Assembly: GCA_965204755.1 (NCBI GenBank) | Contig: OZ242011.1 | Location: forward strand, 1,440,001 to 1,504,000 | Source: Candidatus Marinacidobacterium sp. | GTDB taxonomy: Bacteria > Acidobacteriota > Vicinamibacteria > Marinacidobacterales > Marinacidobacteraceae | Direction of reading: 5' to 3' | Length of the DNA stretch: 64,000 nucleotides | In this document: piece by piece, positions 56,410-64,000 of the stretch | How positions within the stretch are numbered: the stretch's first letter is position 1 | Layout: every line of letters starts with the position of its first letter | The notes under the pieces: model-generated | The model's database searches: none | What the model was told of the DNA's origin: nothing | What the model saw: the letters and a program-made list of their open reading frames with translations, nothing else | Program-made: the position numbers and the translations under genes

Positions 56410-57756
56410 TCACTCGGATCGGAGCGCGACGATCGGGTCGAGACGGGAGGCGCGGCGGGCCGGAATCCACCCGAAGAAGACGCCCACCGCGCCGGCGAGG
56501 AGCGCCGCCCCGACGGGGGCCGCCGCCGGAATCAGCGTCCGCCAGCCGAGCGCCCGCTCCACCCCGGAAGCCGCCGCCGCCCCCGCGGCGATGCCCAGGA
56601 GCCCGCCGAGGACCGCGAGCGCCGTCGCCTCCGCCAAGAACTGCCAGAGGACATCCCGGCGGCGGGCGCCCACCGCGAGCCGCAGCCCGATCTCGCGGGT
56701 GCGCTCCGTCACCGCGAGCAGCATCACATTCATGATGCCGACGCCGCCCACCACCAGCGAGACGCCGGCGAGGGCGCCGAGCAGCAGGGTCATCGTCGAG
56801 GTGGCCCGGTTCAGCGTGCCGACCATCTCCTCGGAGGTCATCTCGTCGAGGCGCGGCATGGAAGCGAGCACGAAGGCGGCGGCCGTGGTGTAGAGCCCCT
56901 CGGTGAGCGCCGAAGTCGCCTGCGTCCGGACCACGAAGTCGTCGGGGAGCCGACCGCTCCGGCGGAACGCGTGCGGCGCGTCGGACTCCGCCGGGGGCGC
57001 GGCGCGGGTGAGCCGGTGCCGCTCCCGCAGCAGTCGGGTCACTTCCCGGCCCACCCGCGAGGCGTCGCCGGCGCGTTCCGTCGAGATGACCACCTCCTGG
57101 AGGTGGGCCCGGCCGAGGGTCTCGGCGAGCAACGGCCAGGGGACGAGCGCGGACTCCACGAGGCGCCGGTCGGTGGTGCGGAACACGCCCACGACTTCGA
57201 ACTCGCGGCCCCGGGCCGCGAACCGGCGGCCCACGGCGGAGCGTCCGGGGAACAGTTCGGCGGCCGCCGCGGCGGAGAGGAGGGCCACCGGCCGGCGCGC
57301 CTCCACGGCGTCGGCGTCGAAGTTCTCCCCCTCGACCAGGGAGAGCCGCCAGATCCGGGCGGCGGCTTCGGAAACGCCGCGCACCGGGGCGAAGAAGTCG
57401 CCGAGGTCGGAAGCGAGCGCGGCCCGGTCCTCGACGACCGGGCTGACCGAAGCCACCTGGTCGAGCGCCCCGATCGCCTCCGCGTCGGCGACGGAGAGCG
57501 TGTCGGCGCGCCCGAACCCGGAGGGGATGTTCACGGCGTCGCCCCCCCGGATGTAGTTCCCGGCGCGGACGACCACGATGTTCGTGCCCGCCGACCGCAC
57601 ATCGTCCCGGACCGCCGCGCGGGCGCCGGTTCCGAGCGCGGCCATGGTGATCACCGAGGCCACGCCGATCACCAACCCGACGAGCGCGAGCCCGGTGCGC
57701 AGCGGGTTCGCCCGAAGCGCCGCGGCGGCGGTCCGGAACGGGAGGGGCGCTTCCAC
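56410..57756 (-). CDS. MacB/FtsX-family ABC transporter permease
   Basis: GLVIGVASVI, GGVGIMNVML, ERTREIGLRLAVGA, PARRASRLDPIVALR. Confidence 0.9.
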   Translation of the reverse strand: MEAPLPFRTAAAALRANPLRTGLALVGLVIGVASVITMAALGTGARAAVRDDVRSAGTNIVVVRAGNYIRGGDAVNIPSGFGRADTLSVADAEAIGALDQVASVSPVVEDRAALASDLGDFFAPVRGVSEAAARIWRLSLVEGENFDADAVEARRPVALLSAAAAAELFPGRSAVGRRFAARGREFEVVGVFRTTDRRLVESALVPWPLLAETLGRAHLQEVVISTERAGDASRVGREVTRLLRERHRLTRAAPPAESDAPHAFRRSGRLPDDFVVRTQATSALTEGLYTTAAAFVLASMPRLDEMTSEEMVGTLNRATSTMTLLLGALAGVSLVVGGVGIMNVMLLAVTERTREIGLRLAVGARRRDVLWQFLAEATALAVLGGLLGIAAGAAAASGVERALGWRTLIPAAAPVGAALLAGAVGVFFGWIPARRASRLDPIVALRSE

Positions 57757-57864
57757 GGGCGCGGAGTCTATGGGCGGCCGTCCCGTGTCTCCCCGCGGTC
57801 TCCCCGGCGGGCGGGCGGACGGAGCGGCGCCGCCGACCCCGCCCGGTATCCTGCTCTCCTCGTC

Positions 57865-58341
57865 GTGCGGCTGCTCCGGTTCGTCGCGCTCCTGAGCGGC
57901 GTTTACGACCTGCTGCTCGGCGGCGCGCTCCTGTTCGCCCTCGACGAAACCGTCCGGCTGCTCGGGGTTCCTCCTCCCCGGTTCCCGCTCAACGCGAACC
58001 TGAACGGGCTGTTCGCGCTGGCGGTGGGCGCCGGCTACTTCGCGGTCCTCCCGGCGCCGGAGCGCGGGCGGTTCTACCTGTGGATCATGGGGCCGTTCCT
58101 GAAGGGCGGAGGGGCGGTGCTCTTCGCGCTGGACTTCGCGCTCCGGGGCTCTCCGGCGGTCTTCCTGCTGTTCGCGGCCAGCGACGGCGCGCTCGCCGCG
58201 CTCACCGCATTCGCGCTCACGCGGCGGCCGGAGCCGGCGCCGCCCGCTAGGGCCGGCGAGGTCGGGACCGCCCGCGAAGCGCGGGACTCCGGGCCGGCGG
58301 CAGCGGACGAAGAGGACGAGAGGGCGGCGGCCCTAAACTGA
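57865..58341 (+). CDS. Small four-TM membrane protein, function unknown
   Basis: Hydrophobic ORF from GTG 57865 (GVYDLLLG..GAGY..LK..ASDG); TATCCT box 12 nt upstream. Confidence 0.65.
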   Translation: MRLLRFVALLSGVYDLLLGGALLFALDETVRLLGVPPPRFPLNANLNGLFALAVGAGYFAVLPAPERGRFYLWIMGPFLKGGGAVLFALDFALRGSPAVFLLFAASDGALAALTAFALTRRPEPAPPARAGEVGTAREARDSGPAAADEEDERAAALN

Positions 58342-58363
58342 CCCCTCCCGGACACCGTTTCCC

Positions 58364-59095
58364 TTGGATCAACTGGATCTGTTTCGCCGGCTCGCGCGGG
58401 CCCGCGACGACGATCCCGCGTGGCGCGACCTGCTGGAACTGTGTCTGTCGCAGGTGCGCCGGACGCTCTGGTTCCGGAACTGGATGCCGCGGGAAAACAG
58501 CCGGGCCTTCGTGGCGGACATCGCGCAGGAAGTCCTGTTGCGGCTGGTCGCGGAGGATCGGCGCCGGCTGGATCGGCTGGTGGCGCTCGGCAGCATCGCG
58601 CTCCAGTTGTACCTGCGCCGGATGGTGGAGAACGCGGTCTGCGACCAACTCCGCGCCGACATGGTGCGGATCAAACTCGAGGACGCGCTGGCGTTCGACG
58701 ACCTTCCGCCGCATCTCGACGAGGCGCTCCACCAGGCGCTCGCGACGAACACCGAGGAGAACCCGGACGCGGACCTGAGCGCCCGGGAGGTCCGGGAAGT
58801 CGTCGAGCGGGCGCTGCGCGCGGTCGCCCCGCCCGGGCCGGAGCGGTCGTTCTACCGGCAACTCTTCCAACTCTATTTCGTGGAGGGCCGGAGCACGCCG
58901 CAGATCGCCCGGATGCCGACGGTTCCGCTCAGCCCTTCCGGTGTCCGCCGGCGCATCGCCCACCTGCGGGAGATCCTGCAGGCGGCCTTCGACGGCGAAC
59001 CGCTCCACGGACTGGTCGTGGGCCGCGCCCGGTCGCGCGCCCGCTCCGCGGCCCGCCACCAGCCGCGCCGAGGCAGCCGGGACCGCCACCGGTAG
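58364..59095 (+). CDS. ECF-type sigma-70 factor
   Basis: AWRDL, DIAQEVLLRL, YLRRMVENAVCDQLR (region 2), YFVEGRSTPQIAR (region 4). Confidence 0.75.
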   Translation: MDQLDLFRRLARARDDDPAWRDLLELCLSQVRRTLWFRNWMPRENSRAFVADIAQEVLLRLVAEDRRRLDRLVALGSIALQLYLRRMVENAVCDQLRADMVRIKLEDALAFDDLPPHLDEALHQALATNTEENPDADLSAREVREVVERALRAVAPPGPERSFYRQLFQLYFVEGRSTPQIARMPTVPLSPSGVRRRIAHLREILQAAFDGEPLHGLVVGRARSRARSAARHQPRRGSRDRHR

Positions 59096-59152
59096 CCTCG
59101 GCGGGGCGGCGGCCGGGACGCGGCCGTCGGAAGACCGCCGGCCGCCGCGAGG

Positions 59153-60499
59153 TCAGCGTCCGGAGGCGAGGCCGAGCAGCAAGTCCATCACATTCGTGCC
59201 CGTCGGGCCCGTGACGAGGAGGTCCCCGGTGGCCCCGAAGAGCGACCCGGAGTCGTTCCGCCGGAGCGTCTCCGCCGGGTCGAACCCGGCCCGGCGGGCG
59301 CGGTCGGCGCTGCCGCCGTCGGCGAACGCCCCGGCGGCGTCGGTCGGCCCGTCCGTGCCGTCCGTGCCGGCGGCGAGGATCGCCGCCCCCGGCGTCCCGG
59401 CGAGTCGGCCGGCGGCGGCCAGGGCGAATTCCTGGCAGCGCCCGCCGCGCCCGCCGCCCCGGACGCGGAGGGTCAGTTCCCCGCCGCCCACCAGCGCCGC
59501 CCGGCGTCCCGCCTCCCGCAGTTCCAACAGGCGGTCGGCGAACCGCCGCGCCGCCGGGTGGAGGTCCCCCGTCAGGTCGCGACCGAAGACTTCCACTTCG
59601 TAGCCGAGGTCGGCGGCGGCCCGCCCGGCGGCGTCCAGCGCGCGCCGGTTCGAGGCCAGGATGCGGTGTGGAAGCGGCCGATCCGCGCTCTTCGGGGTCT
59701 CGGGAACGCGGCCGGCCGCCCCTTCGACGAGCCGAGCGAGCACGGAGGCCGGAACGCGGCTCTCGAGATCGAATTCCCGGAGGACGCCGAGCGCTTCCCC
59801 GAAGGTGGTCGGGTCGGGGGTCGCCGGCCCGGAACCGATGGAAGCGAGCGAGTCGCCGACCACATCGGAGATCAGGAGCGCGCCGGCGCGGCCCGGCGGG
59901 AGGAGCGGCAGCAACTGTCCGCCCTTGACCGCGGAGATGTGCTTCCGGACGGTGTTCATCCGGTGGATGTCCGCGCCGCTCTTCAGCAGCAGGGAGTTCA
60001 CCTCCGACTTCTCTTCCAAGGTGATCCCGGGCACGGGTGCGGCGAGCAGCGCCGACGCCCCCCCGGTGAGCAGGAGGAGCGCCCGCCCCCGCCGCCCGGC
60101 GGCGCGGAGGTCGGCGAGCAGCCGCCCGGTGGCTTCGGCGGAGTCCCGGTCCGGGACCGGATGCCCCGCTTCTTCGACCGTGACCCCCGGGATTTCCAGC
60201 CGGTGGCCGCGCTTGACGATGATCCGCCCCCGGAGCGGCTCGCCGGCGAGCCGGGCCGCCGCCGCCCGTCCGAGCGCCGCCGCCGCCTTCCCGGCCCCGA
60301 GCAGGAGCAGCGGCCCTTCCCCCGGCGCCGCCGCCGGGAGCAGCGCCTGCCCCCGGAACCGCCACCCGGTCCCGCGGCTGCCGCGGAGGTCCCGTTCGAG
60401 GATCGCGCCCGGTTCGGAGTCGGCGAGCCCGGCGCGGAAGATCGCCTCGAGGTCCCGCCGCAGCGCCGCCGGCGGCGCGCTCGTCCCCGGCGGGCTCAC
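59153..60499 (-). CDS. Glycerate kinase type 2 (TtuD/MOFRL family)
   Basis: GAGKA, GHPVPD, TGGASAL, ISDVVGD, GTDGTDGPTDAAG, TGTNVMD. Confidence 0.92.
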   Translation of the reverse strand: MSPPGTSAPPAALRRDLEAIFRAGLADSEPGAILERDLRGSRGTGWRFRGQALLPAAAPGEGPLLLLGAGKAAAALGRAAAARLAGEPLRGRIIVKRGHRLEIPGVTVEEAGHPVPDRDSAEATGRLLADLRAAGRRGRALLLLTGGASALLAAPVPGITLEEKSEVNSLLLKSGADIHRMNTVRKHISAVKGGQLLPLLPPGRAGALLISDVVGDSLASIGSGPATPDPTTFGEALGVLREFDLESRVPASVLARLVEGAAGRVPETPKSADRPLPHRILASNRRALDAAGRAAADLGYEVEVFGRDLTGDLHPAARRFADRLLELREAGRRAALVGGGELTLRVRGGGRGGRCQEFALAAAGRLAGTPGAAILAAGTDGTDGPTDAAGAFADGGSADRARRAGFDPAETLRRNDSGSLFGATGDLLVTGPTGTNVMDLLLGLASGR

Positions 60500-60518
60500 T
60501 GCGCCTTACAGTTTCCGG

Positions 60519-60641
60519 ATGCCGGCCGGGGAGGAGTCGCGAAACCCCACCCGGCGGCACATCGTTCTGGCATTCGCGCCGATCGCCTTGGCGCTCCTCG
60601 CGCTCGCCGGACTCCTCCTCTTCCATTGGTGGAAGGCCTGA
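60519..60641 (+). CDS. Small single-TM protein (40 aa)
   Basis: MPAGEESRNPTRRHIVLAFAPIALALLALAGLLLFHWWKA; TACAGT box 6 nt upstream of ATG. Confidence 0.55.
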   Translation: MPAGEESRNPTRRHIVLAFAPIALALLALAGLLLFHWWKA

Positions 60642-60682
60642 GTTCCGGACGGCGCCACTCGCCTCCAAGGAGAAGAACACGC

Positions 60683-61684
60683 ATGGCGGACAGGCAATGG
60701 TATGTGGCGGAAGCCGGGCGGACGCTCGGCCCGTTCCCGGCTTCCGAAGTCGCCCGGGGGATCCACTCCGGCCGGTGGACGAGACAGACGCAGGTCTGCC
60801 CGGAGGGCGGGACCGACTGGAAGCCGGCGGCCGCCCATCCCGAACTCTCCGGCGGCGCGCTCGGCGGCGGAGCGCCCCGGCCCCCGGCCCCGACGCGGAT
60901 GCACGAGGTGGACTACGAGGTCTTCGGCGAGGAGATGCAGTTCGTGGAGATCGAACTCGACCCCGCCGAAGGGGCGATCGCCGAAGCCGGGGCGATGATG
61001 TTCATGGACGCCGGCATCGAGATGCAGACCATCTTCGGGGACGGCGGCGAGAGCGGGTTCATGGGCAAACTGCTCGGCGCCGGGAAGCGGCTGCTCACCG
61101 GCGAGAGCCTGTTCATGACCGAGTTCGTGAACCAGCGGGGCGGCGGCAAACAGCGGGTGGCCTTCGCCTCGCCCTATCCGGGGAAGATCCTGCCGGTGCA
61201 GTTGTCCGAACTGGGCGGGAAACTCATCGCCCAGAAGGACGCCTTCCTGTGCGCGGCGAAGGGCGTGTCGCTCGGCATCCACTTCCAGAAGAAGATCGGC
61301 ACCGCGCTCTTCGGCGGCGAGGGCTTCATCATGCAGTCGCTCGAGGGCGACGGGCTGGCGTTCCTCCACGCCGGCGGGACGATCGTGCGGAAGGAGTTGG
61401 CGGCGGGGGAGAACCTGCGGGTGGACACCGGCTGCCTGGTGGCGCTCGCGCCCTCCGTCCACTACGACATCCAGTTCGTGGGCGGGATCAAGTCCGCCAT
61501 CTTCGGCGGCGAAGGGTTCTTCTTCGCCAGCCTCACCGGGCCCGGCTGGGTCTGGCTGCAGTCGCTCCCGTTCAGCCGGCTCGCCGGACGGATCCACCAG
61601 GCGGCGCCCCAGACCGGCGGCGGCGGCAAGGGCGAAGGCTCGCTGCTGGGCCGCCTCTCCGGCGTCGGCTGGGACGGGAGTTGA
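60683..61684 (+). CDS. AIM24/TIGR00266-family protein with N-terminal GYF_2-like domain
   Basis: AAGGAG SD; WYV..GPF..WKP (GYF_2); AEAGAMM, GESLFMT, GGEGFIMQ, VDTGC, QSLPFSRLA. Confidence 0.88.
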   Translation: MADRQWYVAEAGRTLGPFPASEVARGIHSGRWTRQTQVCPEGGTDWKPAAAHPELSGGALGGGAPRPPAPTRMHEVDYEVFGEEMQFVEIELDPAEGAIAEAGAMMFMDAGIEMQTIFGDGGESGFMGKLLGAGKRLLTGESLFMTEFVNQRGGGKQRVAFASPYPGKILPVQLSELGGKLIAQKDAFLCAAKGVSLGIHFQKKIGTALFGGEGFIMQSLEGDGLAFLHAGGTIVRKELAAGENLRVDTGCLVALAPSVHYDIQFVGGIKSAIFGGEGFFFASLTGPGWVWLQSLPFSRLAGRIHQAAPQTGGGGKGEGSLLGRLSGVGWDGS

Positions 61685-62247
61685 CCCCGGTGGAGGCAGC
61701 CGCCTCCGGGAACGGCGCCGGGCCCTCGCCGGCCGCCGCCCGGTTCCTCGCCGGGTTCGACTGGGCCGGGTGGGAGCCGGACGAACTCGCCACGCTGCTG
61801 TTCATCGTGCGCGGCGGCCGGGTGCTGCTCATCGAGAAGCACCGCGGCCTGGGCGAGGGGAAGATCAACGGCCCCGGCGGACGCATCGAACCGGGAGAGA
61901 CCGCCGAGGCTGCCGCGGTCCGCGAGGTCGAGGAGGAGGTCCTGGTGCGTCCGACCGGCGTCCGCCGGATGGGCGAGTTGCGCTTCCAGTTCACGAGCGG
62001 CCACGCCATCGGCGTCGAGGTCTTCCGCGCCGACGACTGCGTCGGCGAGCCGGGCCCTACGGCGGAGGCCACCCCGTTCTGGGCGGACCTCGACGCCATC
62101 CCCTACGACCGCATGTGGGAAGACGACGCCGTCTGGCTCCCGTTCCTCCTCCGCGGCGAACCCTTCTCCGGCCGATTCGTCTTCGACGAGGACCGGATGC
62201 TGGAGAGCCGCCTCGAACCGAGCCCCGCCGCGCCCTCCGCCGGCTGA
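61681..62247 (+). CDS. NUDIX hydrolase (MTH1/8-oxo-dGTPase-like)
   Basis: GGRIEPGETAEAAAVREVEEE Nudix box; KHRGLG, IPYDRMWEDD. Confidence 0.88.
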   Translation: MTPVEAAASGNGAGPSPAAARFLAGFDWAGWEPDELATLLFIVRGGRVLLIEKHRGLGEGKINGPGGRIEPGETAEAAAVREVEEEVLVRPTGVRRMGELRFQFTSGHAIGVEVFRADDCVGEPGPTAEATPFWADLDAIPYDRMWEDDAVWLPFLLRGEPFSGRFVFDEDRMLESRLEPSPAAPSAG

Positions 62248-62335
62248 CGCCTCCCGCTGTCCGTCCGCCCGGCGTCCGGAACGGCTCGCCGCGCGGTTGA
62301 AGTCGGGCCGTGAAAGTGCGAAATTCGCGTTCGAG

Positions 62336-63154
62336 ATGCGAGCATGGGCGCCGAGGGCGGCTCTCGCGGTCGTCGTCGTCGGTCTGGTTGCTCTGGTCGT
62401 GGCGACCGCCCTTCGCAACCGGGCACCCGACGCCCCGGTTGCGGCGCCGGCTCCCGCCGACGACGCAGCCGGCGGGGACGACGCTCACGGTTCCGGGACC
62501 GGAGACGCCGATTCAGCCGAGCCCGACGACAGCCCGGAAGGCCGGCTGGTCGCGGCGGCGCTCGACGGTGACGCCGCCGGCGTCGCCGCGCTCCTTGCGC
62601 AAGGCGTCTCGCCGCGAGCCAGGGACCGCGAGGGACGCGGCGCTCTTCACCGGGCCGCCGAGTCGGGGTCCGTGGAGACTCTCGACTTGCTGATCGAAGC
62701 CGGCGCCGAAGTGGACGGCTTGGACGGACAGGGCTTCACGCCGTTCGTGGCGGCCGCTTTCGCCGGGGCGCTTCCCACCGGGCTGCGCCTGCTGGCGCTC
62801 GGCGCCGATGTGGACGGGCAACGGGAGCCGCACTTCGTGACCGCCTTGGAGCAGGCCATGGCGGGATGGCGCGCCGTGGACGGCACCGAAGCGATAAGCG
62901 AGGACCGGAGGCGTTTCGTGGAGGCCCTCTTCGAGGCCGGCGCGAACCCGAACCTCCAGAGCGTCATGGGGCCACCCATCCGGTTCCTGCCGTGGTTCTT
63001 CGAAGACGAGGCCTTGGTGAACATGTTCTTCGACCACGGGGCAAGGCTCGACGACACGCCGCAACTCTGGGTGTTCGAACGCCGGCCCGGACCGATCGGC
63101 CAACGGATCGCCGAAGCGGTTCGCGCCGCCAGGCAGCGGGCCTCCGAGCCATAG
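62336..63154 (+). CDS. Membrane-anchored ankyrin-repeat protein
   Basis: N-terminal TM; GRGALHRAA..LLIEAGAEVD, GFTPFVAAA..GADVD; ATG 62336. Confidence 0.82.
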   Translation: MRAWAPRAALAVVVVGLVALVVATALRNRAPDAPVAAPAPADDAAGGDDAHGSGTGDADSAEPDDSPEGRLVAAALDGDAAGVAALLAQGVSPRARDREGRGALHRAAESGSVETLDLLIEAGAEVDGLDGQGFTPFVAAAFAGALPTGLRLLALGADVDGQREPHFVTALEQAMAGWRAVDGTEAISEDRRRFVEALFEAGANPNLQSVMGPPIRFLPWFFEDEALVNMFFDHGARLDDTPQLWVFERRPGPIGQRIAEAVRAARQRASEP

Positions 63155-63271
63155 GCGTCCGCTTCGCCGGCTGTCGCCTCTCCGGCAGGGCTCACCGGGC
63201 GCTGCGGTGCGCCGCCGACCTCGAAAGGTCGTTTTCTCGGCGGCGGCGCCCGCCCCGCGCTCCGCGCCGGG

Positions 63272-64000
63272 GTGATCGGCCACTTCGCGGCGGCGGGCCG
63301 GGCCCTCGTCCGGGCCGGCAGCCGCGCGGCCGTTCCGGCGAGCGTGCTCGCGCTCGCGGTCGCCGCCGGTCAGACGGTCGTCGTCATCCGGGAGGCAGTT
63401 CTTTCGCGGCCGCTTCCCTACCCGGACGCGCAGGCGCTCGTTCGGATCGAAGCAGCCCGGAGTCCCGACGACCCGCGCGCAGCGGCCGGCTTCGGTGATC
63501 TCGTCACCATCCACGAAGCGGAGTTGCTGCGGCAGCACGCCTCCTCCGTGGCGGGCTTCGCCGCCTGGAGCGACACTTGGGCGACGGTCGGCAGCGAGTC
63601 GGGCCGTCCGGTTCGGGTCGTTCGCGCCTATCCGGGCCTGCTCGCCGCATTGGGCGTCCACCCTTCCTCGGGCGCCTCGTTCGCTCCCGAGCACTACGAG
63701 GCCGACCCGGAGCAGCCACCGGCGGTTCTGCTCGGTCACCGCCTCTGGAGGCGACTCGGCGGCTCCCCGGAGAACCCCGTACCGGAACTCACGCTGAACG
63801 GGACGCCGACACCGGTCTCGGGGGTCATGCCGGCGGGTTTTTTCTTCCCCGATCCGGACGCGGCCGCCTGGGTCCCGACCCGGGAACTTCGACCCTCGCG
63901 CCAGAACCGGGGATCCGCCCAACGACTCGTCGGGAGGCTCGCTCCGGGCGCATCACCTGCGGCGGCTTCCTCGGAACTGACCGCCATCCTGCAGAGCGGC
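63272..64000 (+). CDS. Partial ADOP-family (Acidobacteria duplicated orphan permease) ABC permease
   Basis: From GTG 63272: VLSRPLPYPDAQALVRI, and in the same frame GVMPAGFFFP; runs off the window end. Confidence 0.75.
   Translation, partial: MIGHFAAAGRALVRAGSRAAVPASVLALAVAAGQTVVVIREAVLSRPLPYPDAQALVRIEAARSPDDPRAAAGFGDLVTIHEAELLRQHASSVAGFAAWSDTWATVGSESGRPVRVVRAYPGLLAALGVHPSSGASFAPEHYEADPEQPPAVLLGHRLWRRLGGSPENPVPELTLNGTPTPVSGVMPAGFFFPDPDAAAWVPTRELRPSRQNRGSAQRLVGRLAPGASPAAASSELTAILQSG

Noticed and set aside
1-64000. tRNA, rRNA, integrase or transposase genes
   Set aside because: No recognisable cloverleaf, rRNA signature or recombinase/DDE motifs were found by eye; a tRNAscan/Rfam run would be needed to exclude small RNAs.

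Overview
Very GC-rich (roughly 70-75% by eye), gene-dense bacterial chromosomal window, most likely Acidobacteriota (ADOP-type permease, Acidobacteria-style TonB-dependent receptor, CRTAC1/ASPIC-UnbV and TPR proteins). The load of eukaryote-like repeat proteins (ankyrin, TPR, NHL, Calx-beta) would fit a host-associated lineage such as a sponge symbiont, which is inference only. In order: a housekeeping block (corC-like 3' end, tilS, ftsH, cdaA-cdaR, lepB, yggS, dinG, glyA, UbiA, DUF92, lptD, nfuA); an envelope module (CRTAC1, TPR, TBDR, NHL, 7-heme/TPR); a defence-like island at 25.6-31.8 kb (Schlafen/AlbA_2 protein, three paralogous tail-anchored coiled-coil genes with 21-bp repeat expansions inside a tandem duplication, fused ABC-ATPase/TOPRIM); an acyl-CoA carboxylase/AtuA cluster interrupted by an XRE-ImmA + PIN module; three matrixin-like metalloproteases around a Calx-beta lipoprotein; and mixed metabolic/transport genes. 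No rRNA, tRNA, CRISPR array, integrase or transposase was recognised. The most notable non-gene signals are recurrent intergenic 'bridge' mini-ORFs linking stop to start codons, widespread leaderless-type -10 boxes, near absence of AGCT and ACGT with C>T-type replacements, and a 221-bp structured MITE-like element between glyA and dinG. All calls were made by eye from motifs and none were checked by database search.
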